A model generated the notes under the pieces. It saw only the letters and a list, made by a program, of their open reading frames with translations. It did not search any database and was not told the DNA's origin. Shown here piece after piece: positions 1 to 13,447 of a stretch of 64,000 nt of DNA; position 1 is the first letter of the stretch; each line of letters starts with the position of its first letter. The stretch lies in assembly GCA_951406725.2 (NCBI GenBank), contig OX597819.1:50282001-50346000 (forward strand), in the 5' to 3' direction. The DNA is from Octopus vulgaris. Taxonomy: Eukaryota. A program made the position numbers and the translations under genes.

Positions 1-394
1 TTCTAGCCGTGCCCATCCCGTCCTCCTCCATTTTTTTTTTTACAAATCTCGGGCTATATTAATTTCCTTTCTTTCTTCAAGATGGTACAGTGCGATTTTA
101 AGGAATTTGCGTGCTATGACCATCTTGTGATAGGTTGTTATGATTGATGATGACGGTGACTAATGAATGGTGTTAATGGTAGTATATTACTGGTGATGAA
201 GAGATATGAAGGTGACAGTCGATATGATATTAGTGAAGCTGGTGGTGACGACGGCGGCGGTAATGGTAGTGGTAGGTGATGGAGGTGGCGATGATATTGG
301 TGGTCGTGATTGCCATGTCGATGGAGATGGTAGTAGTGGTAGTGATGGTGGTGGTGATGGTGGTGATGGTGGTGATGCTGCTGCAGCTGCAGCT

Positions 395-445
395 GATGAT
401 GATGATGATGATGATGATAATGATGATGACGACAATGACGACAGC

Positions 446-509
<64 letters not shown>

Positions 510-665
510 TGATGATGATGATGATGATGGTGATGATGATGTTGATGATGAAGGCAGCGACGCAGATGGAAGGCACAGTATTTATGATGATAACGACGAG
601 GATGACGTCGACCACGGCCACGACGACGATGATGATAATGATGATGGTGATGGTGGTGGTGGTGC
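395..665. repeat. (GAT)n/(GGT)n trinucleotide microsatellite
   Basis: Long gatgatgat run; explains the poly-D/M/S ORFs at 187-987. Confidence 0.95.
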
Positions 666-939
666 AGGCGGGGCGGGGTGGAGTGACCGTGTGTTTGTTT
701 TGGGAGTAGTAAATGCTGTTGATGCGATTAAAATAAAAAACGATGAAGAAAAAAAGTACATGAATTATAAAAGGAATAAGAAAAAAACAACAACAAAAAG
801 CAAAAAAAAACAAAAACAAAAAGAGAGAAAGGAGCGTGTCTGAAGTGTGTGCCGCTGGGTGTGACGCCGTGAAATATTGCCTGTGTGGCACCGGTAAGAG
901 CAAAGTGAGGTGAATGTGATGGGCTGAAGCTGGAGAGGG

Positions 940-1030
940 AGAGAGAGAGAGGGAAAGGGATGGGAGTGTAAGGAGGTGATAATGCAAGGGCGTGAGAAAG
1001 AGGGAGAGAGAAGGAATGAAAGAGAGAGCA

Positions 1031-1072
<42 letters not shown>

Positions 1073-1220
1073 TTTGTAGATAATAGCGGGGAGGGTAGAG
1101 AAAGATAGACAACTATGTAGATGGATAGATAAGTCGATAGATAGATAGGTCGATAGAGAGATATATAGGTTTATGGAAAGACAGATGGGTAGAGAGAGAG
1201 AGAGAGAGAGAGAAAGAGAA

Positions 1221-1265
<45 letters not shown>

Positions 1266-1515
1266 TATATGTAGATAAGCAGATGGAGGAATAAGTAGAT
1301 CGATCGATCGATAGATAGATAGTTAGATAGAAAGGCAGATATATAGATAGACAGACAGATAGGCAAATCGATTGATAGGTAGGTAGGTTTATAGAGAGAC
1401 AGATAGGTAGAGAGAGAGAGAGAGAGATGTAGGTAGGTAGGTAGGTAGATAAGCGGGTGAGTAGATAGATAGATAGATAGACAAACAGTTAGACAGATAG
1501 ATAGATAGATAGATA

Positions 1516-1546
<31 letters not shown>

Positions 1547-1767
1547 GAGAGATAGATAAAGAGATAGATAGATAGATAAATAGATAGATAGATAAGTAAC
1601 TACATAGATATATAAACAGATAGATAGATAAATAGATAGATAGAGAGATAGATAAATAGATAGATAAGTAAATAGATAGATATATAAACAGATAGATAGA
1701 TAAATAGATAAATAGATAGATAGATAAGTAAATACATAGATATATAAACAGATAGATAGATAAATAA

Positions 1768-1818
<51 letters not shown>

Positions 1819-1830
1819 TATAGATAGATG
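940..1830. repeat. (GA)n/(GATA)n compound microsatellite
   Basis: Direct reading; gives the LSIY/SLSL pseudo-ORFs. Confidence 0.95.
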
Positions 1831-2435
1831 GGAGAAAGAAGGAAAGAATAAGCAAAAGACATGCAGGAAAGAAGTGAAAAAAAAGGAGGGAGAATGAAAT
1901 AGAAGAAAAAAGAGATGATAGTGAAGAGAGGGGTTTGGGTTAGGGTGAAAGAAAAGGTAAAGTTAGAGAAATATGGAAGGGAGGGCGTAAGGCAGGGAGA
2001 AGTATGAAAAGGATTTTGATTACACAGGTAATACGTATATCTGAGCGACACGTGCGTGAAATTGTGATGTAGTGACATTCTTACATTTCTCAGTTGCATT
2101 AAGTGTCACCTAAATATCCTGTTAAGATGAGATACAGAAGGAGAGAGACAGAGGGAGACGGAGAGAAGGGAGGAACCCCACCCCAGGAGGAGGGGGGATT
2201 CGGAGGGAAGAGGGAGGAGGGGGGATTCGGAGGGAAGAGGGAGGAGGAGACGTAGAGAGAGAGAAATGAAAGGTAATGACGGCATGTCATGTAAAAGAGT
2301 AAGATAAAGATATATAATAGATAGATAGATAGAGAGATAGAGAGAGAGAGAGTGAGAGAGAGAGAGAGAGGGAGAGAGAGAGAGGAGGGATAAGCAGTAA
2401 TATGTAGAATGTGGAAAAAAGGAAGTTGAAAGAGA

Positions 2436-2486
<51 letters not shown>

Positions 2487-2545
2487 CTTAAACGGATAAA
2501 TTGATGTTATATAGATAGTAGGTTCGGTTGGAAAGACAGATAGCT

Positions 2546-3252
<707 letters not shown>

Positions 3253-3320
3253 ATACGACTCACACGTGGGGAATAATAATTCCTCCTTTCTGTTACTATA
3301 TATATATATATCTATATATG

Positions 3321-3374
<54 letters not shown>

Positions 3375-3383
3375 GTCAAAGGA

Positions 3384-3427
<44 letters not shown>

Positions 3428-3572
3428 CATATATATCTACTCAACATATACACAGAATTATATATATATATAAAGTGCATGTCTGTCTGTGTGTCAGTCT
3501 GTCAGTCTGTCTGTATGTATGTATGTATGTACCTATCCATCCATCCATCCATCTATCTACCTACCTACTTAC

Positions 3573-3656
<84 letters not shown>

Positions 3657-4489
3657 GCAAATACATCCCCGCAACATAAGCATGCTCTGCGCGTGCATGT
3701 ATGATGATAGGTGTGAAAGAGATGTGCAATTAAGTGCGTGTTAGTGTAGTGCAATGGTAGGCGTGTGTGTGTGTGTATGTGCGTGAGTGCGCGCGCGTGC
3801 GTGCGTGTGTTTCCATGCGTGCATGGAATAAAGGGCATAAGTATACCCCTTGTCCTCTGTGTAAGGGCGACTGATGCTATTGTGTATGTATATATGTGTG
3901 TGAATGTGTGCTTGAGTATATGTAGGAATATATATATATATATATATATATACATACATACATATACATACACATACGTGTACCAATATAAGCATATACA
4001 TACGTGCGTATAATATATATATATGTCTTTATATAGGCGTATGTATTTGTGTGAACTATATGTGTGTGTGGGTGTGTGTGTGTGTTTGTGTGATTGCGTG
4101 TGTCGTATGAAGGAGGCGGTTGTGCGGGGTGGAGAGGGAAGGGATTGAACACGCGTCGGGGTAGAAGTGAGGTATAGGGATAGCGAAGGGAAGAACTAAT
4201 TCGATTACCGGGTGGAGTAGCCGGAGGATATAGAATGGATGGGGGTTGGCGAGTGGGGGGGGGGGTGCAGCGAGTTGAATGGGGTGGGTGTTGATTTAGG
4301 GTGAGGGAAAGTGAGAGAGAGAGGGGGGAGGATGGAGGATGGATGGATGGATGGATGGTTGAGAGTTATCTTGGAGATCACGCCAAATAACGGAAAGACA
4401 ATGGAATCGTTGAAGTAGTTGATGGTGAGGTATGAGGAGGGTAATACACCGGGGGTGTGGGTGGGTGGGTGCGATGGTGGTGTGAGAAG

Positions 4490-4770
4490 TATTGTTGGCG
4501 GTGGCGGTGGTGGTGGTGGTGTTGGTGGTGGTGGTGGTGGTTTTGATGGTGTTGGTAGTAGTGGAGATTTGCGAGGGTGTCGTGTTAATACAAACGGTGG
4601 TGGTGATGGTGTTGGAGGTGATGATGTTCTTGGTGGTGATGGTGGTGGTGATAGTGATGCTGGTGATAGTAATGGTGGTGATGCTGGTGATAGTAATGGT
4701 GGTGGTGCTGGTGCTGGTGATATTGGTGGTGGTGTTGATGATGATGGTTGTGGTGGTGGTGATGGTCAGC
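4490..4770. repeat. (GGT/GAT)n low-complexity tract
   Basis: Direct reading. Confidence 0.9.
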
Positions 4771-4994
4771 GGTGGAGGAGACTGTGTTGCAGCGTCGGTC
4801 ATAATGTACGAGGTCATGGCGGCGGCAATGTGGTGTGATGGGGGTAAGGTTCTTGGATGGTGACTGTTGTCGTTGTTGTTCTTTCAGTGTAGGAGGATCG
4901 TATAAGTGAAGCCAGATGACCAAAGCCGTAGTAGCTATCACCATCTTGTTTTAACATGATATAATAAAGTTCTTCAGGAGGTATATTACATATC

Positions 4995-5222
4995 TCTCTT
5001 TTACTTGTTTCAGTCATATAACTGTGGCCATGCTGGAGCACCGCCTTTAGTCGAGCAAACCGACCCCAGGACTTATTCTTTGTAAGCCTAGTACTTATTC
5101 TATCGGGCTCCTTTGTCGAACCGCTAAGTTACGGGGACGTAAACGCACCAGCATCGGTTGTCAAGCGATGTTGGGGGGGACAAACACAGACACACAAACA
5201 TACACACACACAGACACACATG

Positions 5223-5265
<43 letters not shown>

Positions 5266-5422
5266 GACGGGCTTCTTTCATTTTCCGTCTACCAAATCCA
5301 CTCAAAAGGCTTTGGTCGGGCCGAGGCTATAGTAGAAGACACTAGCCCAAGGTGCCACGCAGTGGGACTGAACCCGGAACCATGTGGCTCGTAAGCAAGC
5401 TACTTACCACACAGCCACTCCT
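4995..5422 (-). mobile_element. tRNA-derived SINE, family A (full length, internal CA/TA microsatellite)
   Basis: Minus strand starts aggagtggctgtgtggtaag (A-box-like) and has gggttcagtcc (B-box-like). It ends ggtgctccagcatggcc...gactgaaacaagtaaaaga. Homologous copies at 37045, 41618, 43270, 17545 and elsewhere. Confidence 0.88.
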
Positions 5423-5699
5423 TCCATTATTTAAAAAAACGTTGGGTGCAATTTGAGGGAAAATTGGGTACTATTTCCAGTGAGTTTAAAGAGGGTAATC
5501 TTTTCCAAGTAGCGAGACAACAAAAATAATAAAAAATTCGTTAGGCGTGCCATTAGCAATGTCTCGCTGACAGCAATTTGCCCATATCTGGCGCAGACAC
5601 TGCTTCATTGGTTTATCATTGTTGTTGTTGCTGCAGTTGTAACCTTTGTTGTTATTGCTGCTGTTATTGTTGTTGATGATTCTCTTCTTGTTGATGCTG

Positions 5700-5870
5700 T
5701 TGTTGTTGTTATATAACCCTATGATCAAAAGCTTTCAAACCAAGACCATCCCCGTCTTTTTTTTCCAAAGAGAGTATACCGTATTTAATATGTCCTTTAT
5801 TTAAGATGGTGGGACATGGTTTGAAAGAGAGTTAGCTGCTATTTCCAGCTGATAGAGTGACTATGGCGGA
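5700..5870 (-). mobile_element. Old dispersed repeat, family D (probable SINE with (CAA)n tail)
   Basis: The motif cctatgatcaaa...gaccatcccgtctttt...taagatggt...ttagctgctatttc recurs at about 1-120, 5430-5520, 6040-6120, 6320-6410, 6430-6630, 46760-46940, 53310-53440 and 55250-55460. Confidence 0.6.
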
Positions 5871-6127
5871 ACTTGGGATGATGCTGGTTGATTTCGCGAT
5901 AGTGGTGTTCGTGATTCTGTTCGTGTTGATGGTGGTGGATGGTGGAGATAAGGATGATGTTAATGTTGACCGCTGTTGTCATGGTGACGATTGACTTCAA
6001 TGAAAACGTTGTTGTTGGTGTTATTTAACTCTAACTAGAGGAAAACAATGATCACAGTCATTCGAGACATGACATCCCAGTTGAATCTAGGATCACTTAT
6101 CTAGGCTTACAATATGTCTCCCCTTTA

Positions 6128-6318
6128 AGGCGGCGAACTGGCAGAAACGTTAGCACGCCGGGCGAAATGCTTAGCGGCAGTTCAAATTCCGTCGAGGTCG
6201 ACTTTGCCTTTCATCCTTTCGAGGTCGATAAATAAAGTACCAGTTGCGTACTGGGATCGATCTAATTGACTGCCCCCCCCCTCCCTCAAAATTTCGAGCC
6301 TTGTGCCTAGAGTAGAAA
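6128..6318 (+). mobile_element. SINE family B
   Basis: ggcggcgaactggcagaaacgttagcacgccgggcgaaatgct...ttcaaattcc...gactttgcctttcatcctttcg...aagtaccag; about 10 copies in the window. Confidence 0.8.
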
Positions 6319-6714
6319 ACATATGCCCCGCCTTTTTTCGAGACAATAGCGTGTGATTTGAGACAGAATTAGCTTCTGTTTATCGCAGGTGAAGCGACTA
6401 TGTGAAGGCTTTCCTGGGCGTTATTGTTTTTTATGTTTAGCCTCATGTTAGCTCTAGTCGAGTTTATCTATGACCAAAAGGTATTCCTGACCGTGAGATT
6501 CTCGTCCTTTTGGGGCTATAGAGAAGAAAGATTATATTATCCAGTGCTTTATTGTTTTTTCCGTATGTAAGACAGTAGAGTATGGTTGGAAAGAGATTTG
6601 ATTAGTTTTCCTACAAAGTTAAACGACCACCATCATGGTGGTGTTGGTAGTAGAGATGAAGTTTAGTGGCTTATGAGCAGGCATGAAGAGGGAGAGAGAG
6701 AGAAAGAGAGAGAG

Positions 6715-6757
<43 letters not shown>

Positions 6758-7191
6758 AAGAGGGAGAGAGAGATAGAGAGAGAGAGATAGAGAGAGAGGA
6801 GAAAATGGTAGGCCGATAGATGGATAGATAAATTGCTGGATAAATAAATGCACAGACAGAAAATAAATTTAGATACAACAGGATAGACAGATTAAATATA
6901 TATACAAAAATAGTAAATCCCACCAAACGAAGAACAAACGCAAGAAAAAAAACAACAACGCAAGAACGTGGAACATGCAAAGTATTAGCAGACGTTTCTT
7001 ATTCTTGTGTTTGGTCTTCGTTTCTTTCTCTTTTTTTTTGGGGGGGGGTTACTATTTACTGCACGCTCACACGGACCCTCGGCCTCCCGACTGACTTTGG
7101 AGTACCTAATTCGCGGAACTTTTTCTACCATCGGGTTACATTACCTTATTCATTCGAAATACGCCATTTCAGCGCCTTTATTGAGAATCAT

Positions 7192-7260
<69 letters not shown>

Positions 7261-7263
<3 letters not shown>

Positions 7264-7490
7264 ATTCAATATGTGACCGCGTGTGTATCGATGGCGATTT
7301 TTTTCTCTCCGTCTTCCTTTCCCTGGATCTTTCTTTTTCCTATGTTTCCGACGAAGAGCTCCGCTCGAAACGTTAAATCCTCCTTCTTTCTTTCCTTTCC
7401 TGAGCGTCCAATAACACTATACTTGTTCCACGTCCTCGCGTTGTTGTGTCTTCTCTTTATGTTTTCAGGTTTGGATTAACTATATATATG
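7261..7490 (+). mobile_element. Short (TA)n-anchored element with hammerhead-like motif (Penelope pLTR/retrozyme-like)
   Basis: Contains ccgacga-a-gagc-tcc-gctc-gaaac-gtt-aaat (7348-7378) and is flanked by (TA)n on both sides. Its 3' part recurs inverted at about 6900-6995 and 23020-23082. Confidence 0.65.
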
Positions 7491-7552
7491 TATAGATAGC
7501 TAGCTAGCTAGATAGATAGATAGAGAAATATATACATAAAGATAGATAGATC

Positions 7553-7590
<38 letters not shown>

Positions 7591-7597
7591 GAAATAT

Positions 7598-7658
<61 letters not shown>

Positions 7659-8149
7659 GATGGATGGACATATAGATAAACAGATAGACTGACAGACGGA
7701 TAAATAAATAGACAGATAGACAGAGAGACAGACCGTTAAATAGATAGAAAGACAGAAATAGATATATAGATAGATAGATAGATAGAGATGGATGTGTAGG
7801 CAGATAGACAGACAGACAGATAAACAGACAGACTGACTGATAGAGTAGTGATAACGAAATGTAACTACAGATAAATAATGGTGTGAGTGAGAAGCACGTT
7901 CGGTATTGTAGATTGAAATAAAACTGACAATAGAAAGATGTGGAAGAAGGGAGTGTTAGAAGAAGGGGTTAATGACAGTTGTGGCGTATAATGGGGACCT
8001 AAGTGAGAACAACCCCGCCCTCACTAACGCCATCAATTAAGGGTTCATCAAAGATATATTTATTTATCAAGATGATGTGAAGAGGTCGGGCACAGAGTGG
8101 ATACTCATCAGAAACGTTGGAGTTGGGTTGGTGTGATTGGACGAAGTGG

Positions 8150-8692
8150 AGAGTAGGGAGAGAGAAAGAAAGAGAGAGAGAGAAGAGAAAGAAGGTAAGC
8201 AGGTAGGTTGATAGATAGATAGAGAGAGGGAAGAGAGAGAAGGTAGGCAAGTAGGTAGCTAGATTGATAGAGAGAGGGAAGAGTGAGAGAGAGAGAAGAG
8301 AGAGAGAGAAGAGAGAGAGAAGGTAAGCAAGTAGGTAGATAGATTGATAGAGAGAGGGAAGAGAGAGAGATAGAGAGAGAGAGCGAAAGTTAAGGTAAGT
8401 AGATAGATAGGTAGAGAGAGAGAAGGTGAGCAAGTAGATAGATAGAGAACAAGGGGGGAAGAGAGAGATAGAGATAAGAGAGCGAGAGAGAAGAGAGATA
8501 GAGAGAAAGAGAGAGAGAGAAGGTAAGCAAGTAGGTAGATAGATAGAGAGAGGGGGAAGAGAGAGAGAGAGAGCGAAAGAGAAGGTAAGTAGATAGATAG
8601 ATAGAGAGAGGGGAAAGAGAGAGAGAGAGAGGAGAGAGAGAGGGGGGAGAAAGAGAAAGAACGAGAGAGAGAGAAGATAAGCAAGTTGGTAG

Positions 8693-8729
<37 letters not shown>

Positions 8730-8745
8730 GGAGAGAGATAGAGAA
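8150..8745. repeat. GA-rich degenerate minisatellite (aggtaagcaagtaggtagatagatag unit among GA runs)
   Basis: Unit recurs about 7 times. Confidence 0.8.
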
Positions 8746-9149
8746 ATTTAGCAACTAATTCCAGCTGATCAAGTGACCATGTGGAAGCTTGGGTGATGGT
8801 GATGATGATGACCATTTTGTCATAATGGTGGTGACGGTGGGGGAGGGTTGATTTCGTGATGGTGGTTGGCAGTGGTGTGACGATGATGTTGATAATGATG
8901 CTGTCATGGTGATGGTTGACGTCGTTGTTGTGGTGGTAGTGGTAGTGATAACGGTGACACAGGTTGTGTTAGTAGAGATGATGGCAGATTGGTAGGGTGA
9001 TGGTGATGGTGGTGACGGCGGTGGCGGTGGTAGCGATAGTGGTTTATTTTTTTTAAAAAGGGGCAAGCAGAGGTGATATTCGTGGTGTAGTAGTGTCCAC
9101 GAGCAAGAAAGAAGCGATGGTAGTGTTGGTAGAAGTGGAGGTAGGGGCG

Positions 9150-9566
9150 TTGTGATGGTTGTGATGGTGTTGCAAATTGTAGTGTCAGAGGTGGTTATGC
9201 TAGAAGTGATGGTAGTGGTAGTGGGGGTTGTAATAGTGGTGGTGGTAGTGGTGGCAGTGGTGGTGGAGATGGTGGTGGGGGTGATGGTAGTGGTGGTGAT
9301 GATGGTGGTGGTTGTGATGGTGGTAGTGGGGGTTGTGATATTGGTGGTGGTAGTGGTCGTGGCGATAGTGGTGGTTGTGAAGGTAGTGGTAGTGATGGTG
9401 GTGGAGGTAGGGGTAATGGGGGTTGTGATAGTGGTGGTTGTAGTGGCGATGATGGTGGTGGTGGTGATGGTGGTAGCGGGGGTTGTGATAGTGGTGGTGG
9501 TGGTAGTGTTGGTAGCGATGGTGGCAGTGGTGATTGTAGTGGTGGCAGTGGTGGTGGTGGTAGTGG
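9150..9566. repeat. (GGT/GAT/GTA)n tract with recurring ggggttgtgatagtggt
   Basis: Direct reading; gives poly-V/T/H pseudo-ORFs. Confidence 0.9.
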
Positions 9567-9914
9567 GATGACATGCGATTGTTTGGAAGGAAGAAGAAAA
9601 AAAAGAATACGGAACATACAAGTAAATAACAAATAAAACAAAAAAATGAATCTCAAAACATAAGTTAAAAAAAACGAACAAATGTGAAGAATTGGCACAA
9701 AAGATTCTCTGACAAATATGAATAATTGAATATATAACAACAACAATAACAACAACAATAATATTAACAGTAAATGATAAATTGATGAATAAACATTTAT
9801 TAATATGAAAAATGTAAGCAATCATACATCTGCGCGTGAGGTGTGTGTATAATATAATTTATAATATGTTCTGTCTGTCTATCTCTCTACCTACTTACAT
9901 ATATATGTATATAT

Positions 9915-10105
9915 ATAGTCAGTTCAAATAAACAATCAGTTTAAATAGGTGAATGATAAAATTAACGGACAACGAGAGGATATGCACGAGAAATGTGTTA
10001 CCTTGACGCTCGGTGAAAAGAGAGTTTGACTCTCGTGTATGGCTCTTCGTCGGAAAGGAGAAAGGGAAACGTTCAAAGAAGGAAAAGTAATCGCCAACAG
10101 CATAG
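9915..10105 (-). mobile_element. Diverged relative of the 7261 element; hammerhead 3' half lost
   Basis: Minus strand reads tggcgatt...tttccgacgaagagcc...gagcgtcaa...cctctcgttgt, collinear with 7290-7450, and ends at a TA run. Confidence 0.55.
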
Positions 10106-10527
10106 GTGTGGTTGCATTGTTAGAAGTAAATGACGTAGCAAAGATATCGTCAGAGTAAAATAACTCTAGAGAATTTATTTATGCTGATACCCCAGCGCTA
10201 ACATCACATCGCTTAATCGTTAAAGATACCCTTCTCATTGCACGCTGAACTTATACTTATAGTATTGTGTTTCTGCCAGCAATCCGATTTTTCCAGATAA
10301 ATCGAATTGGTGTTTCGTCCGGAAGAAATCATAGAAAGAATGTGGAAGTAAATTATTGATATAGCTATAAAAGCCAGACTACGTCAGTCGATTATGATGA
10401 ACAGCAGTAACTTCCATATTATACATTTGATAAGTCTAAGTGTAAATCAGATAACAAATAAAATTACACAACGGGTTGCTAAAATTAATATTAAAATTGT
10501 GAAGCAGAATTCATGAAATTCCTTTAC

Positions 10528-10734
10528 TCTCGTAGAAAACTGTGCGACGTTGTCTATTGTCTATAAATAAATAATCTTTTTTTCACGTGTTCTTTCTATG
10601 TTATTCCCCTGATGATGTTAATTCCGTTAATCTCGCAGAAAACCGTGCGACGTAGTCTATTGTCTATAAATAAAGAAATAATATTTTTTTCACGTGTTTT
10701 TTCTATGTTATTCCCCTGATGATGTGTCATTCCG
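10528..10734. repeat. ~103 bp tandem duplication
   Basis: tctcg(t/c)agaaaac(t/c)gtgcgacgt...ttcccctgatgatgt...attccg occurs twice head to tail. Confidence 0.9.
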
Positions 10735-10799
10735 ATTTATTTATAAAAATTGCTTTGCCTTTAGAACTACGAGGTAATTTCTGTGGGTGTAAGTTTTGA

Positions 10800-13228
10800 T
10801 TCGAGATAATGAAATTATTTTGAACACACTTTTTGCTGACTTCGATCTTGTGGTTGCTTTTAGTTAATTTTTGAGATGCTGATTTCAAATATGGCATCCA
10901 TTTTTTTTTAACATATCAGGTTATTCCATAGCATAACCCTCTTTTTTGATGCACTGTATAAATAATTTACTTGGTGGGGATAGCTTCAAGCTATAAATTA
11001 TAATGTCAATGAAATACGAAATGATAAATGAAATGTAAGGTAGCATCACCTTTTACTAAATACATACTGTTGATTCTCTATGATGGATAAAACACAAATC
11101 ATTTTACACATACCTTCATACTCACGGAGCAAATTCCCGCTTGAGGGAGAGTCTGGAGTGATTCATGTCTACACAGTCTTTTTGAATACACCAACAGTAG
11201 TCTGCCGTCACGAGTGTGTTCGATCGGTTTTGATATCTCTCCTCCATAATCTTTATTGCTTGATGAAAACGTTCACCATGCTCATCGCTCACGTCTCTGA
11301 GGTTAGCAAGAAATTCATAGAGATAATTATTAAAGAAGTGAAGTTTTATGTTCATGCTGCAGCCTAAAAGATGAAATCTACCATGTAATGTCTCGATCAA
11401 ATCTTGTAGTTTGTAGCCTTTTCACTCCCCCATAATCCTTTCACAGCTCCCACAAATAAATCCCATGCTCTTTTTTCTATATGAGTTATCGACCTTAAGA
11501 AAGTATGGCATTTCATCAATGTACAGGAAATGCTGTACATATGAATTTGTAACAGTTACTCTCCACATTAACAGCTTTGACAAATTACTTCAATAGTCCT
11601 TGATAATATAAAGGGGTAGGGAGATGATTTTCTCTCGCTCAACAAGTAGTTAATATATGATGTTCTTCCCAACAGTCAAAATTTTCCTAACTGGACAGAG
11701 TTTCTGTCCCCAATGTTTTTTTCTTGCTCAGCTATGCCATAAGCACAGGAAATACAGATATTTTGTATATCCTCCTTGTTGGCCAAGTAAAAAGTCGACC
11801 ATTTTTTAGAATCACTCATACAACACATTTGTGTTTATCATACTTAAGTAAATCTAATACAACTTTTATGTGATCATAATTATTTTTTAAGTGTAAAGAG
11901 TGACCAATATGAAGCGCACCAAACAATTTAGACTCTATCTATAAAGATTCTCCATTCACTAGGATCATACTGTTCATTACCCATCGCGTTCAACAGTTCC
12001 GCCACGTCACAACAGTAAACAAAATCTTTTCCAGTTGTAAAGAACACCAAGAGATCTTTTTTCTCCTATTCCGATAAAAAGTCACGTTTGTTTCTTTCTG
12101 CAACAAATTCTTCTCTTTAAGCTTAGAAGCTAACAGCTCTTATAATTTTTTTTTGCAGTTCTAGATCTCTAACTAAATCATTAAGTTCTGCCTGGTTGAG
12201 GTTTTCTTGTTCTTTGGTTGATGTTTCTACAATGTCCATATCACTGTCAATTTCATGATTTACATCTACTTCACATATATCACTTTCACCTTGCAGTGAA
12301 GGTAGATCCTTGAAAACGGGTCCTGGTATTTCATCAGAGTGAAGCACTGGATGACTTGCTGAATCCAGATTTGCGTAACTTATATTCTGCCGCGTTCACT
12401 TGTTATAAACAGAAGTCCTTGTGAGACAAAAGTAACAATCGTTTACAATGTTCTTTGATCCCACCATACCATAGAAATGTCAAATGTTAGTTGTTTCCAT
12501 GTGCCCTTTGTCCATCGGCGTAGATTTTCGACACAGGGTTTACATAGATTGTGCGAGGCTCACGATTTATCCTGATCACCAACTTTAATCTTAAAGTAAG
12601 TCAAGTAGGATCTTTTCACAAAGTCACTAATGTTCATTCTTCTTTGACTTGGTCCTGTAAAACACCCAAATATATAACAAAAACAGTCAGGGCAATTCCA
12701 ACATTTCCTCCGCAATGACGCCATGCTGCTGAACCCCTGCGTTATTTCATGAAAAGAGAGATAAGGAACATTTTTATATATCTAAGTTTATCTAAATAGA
12801 TGTCTAAATACAGAGATAAAATAAATATTCAGCAGAAATGTTTAACTATATCTTCTGTATATTTGTTGATAGTTAGAAGAGATTAACAACGCAGATTAAG
12901 ATGACCGAGCATTGGAGCACACAGTTTTTAGGAAACACACTTCTACACAGGTACATATACTAGGCCGACAGAACGTCACAACCTCATTCACGGAACACTC
13001 AGACCCTTGCTGCTAACGTACCCTACGAAAAACACATCGAAAAATTTCTGAAACATGGAGTATGGATGGAGCCAATATGGACCAGCCCATACAAAAAAAG
13101 CTTGACGTGATAAAAAAACAAAAAAAACAAGAACTATTGCCTTTTTAAACCTCAGTGACCCCAAATTATCCCAGAGCAGATCTCAAACTTAGGTCAGCAG
13201 AAAAAATGTTAGAATTTGTTGGCCAGTG
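10800..13228 (-). mobile_element. Chapaev3-like DNA transposon
   Basis: Right end reads CACTGGCCAACAAA on the minus strand (CAC terminus typical of CMC elements). The subterminal tttt(c/t)gctgac...taattt...ctga motif has a degenerate inverted counterpart at about 10830-10900. The left terminus is not resolved. Confidence 0.6.
11122..12724 (-). pseudogene. Degenerate DNA transposase, probably Chapaev3-type (CMC superfamily)
   Basis: Across frames: MASLRRKCWNCPDCFCYIFG, KVGDQDKS*ASHNLCKPCVENLRRW, DCYFCL, HSDEIPGP, NQAELNDLVRDLEL, FLLGQQGGYTKY, KQFVKA, LGCSMNIKLHF, VSDEHGERFHQAIKIMEERYQ, ADYCW. Several stops and frameshifts. The superfamily label is from memory of the family. Confidence 0.8.
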
Positions 13229-13375
13229 TTATGCGATATTAGCGCTGGGATATTAATACATGTCCACATTTATAAGTGTATTCGTATGTAAATAACATAT
13301 ATACAAACGAATAATATATACCCATATATATATATATACATACATATACATATAAATATCTATCTATCTATCTAC

Positions 13376-13447
<72 letters not shown>

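Noticed and set aside
187-2099. Long ORFs of 167-375 aa
   Set aside because: Translations of (GAT)n, (GATA)n and (GA)n repeats; no domain content.
2186-2245. 27 bp tandem G-rich duplication (possible G-quadruplex)
   Set aside because: Two copies in a purine-rich low-complexity zone; ordinary slippage.
8755-9825. 356 aa Thr-rich, mucin-like ORF
   Set aside because: Derived from a (GGT)n tract open in several frames on both strands; no true start, signal peptide or splice evidence.
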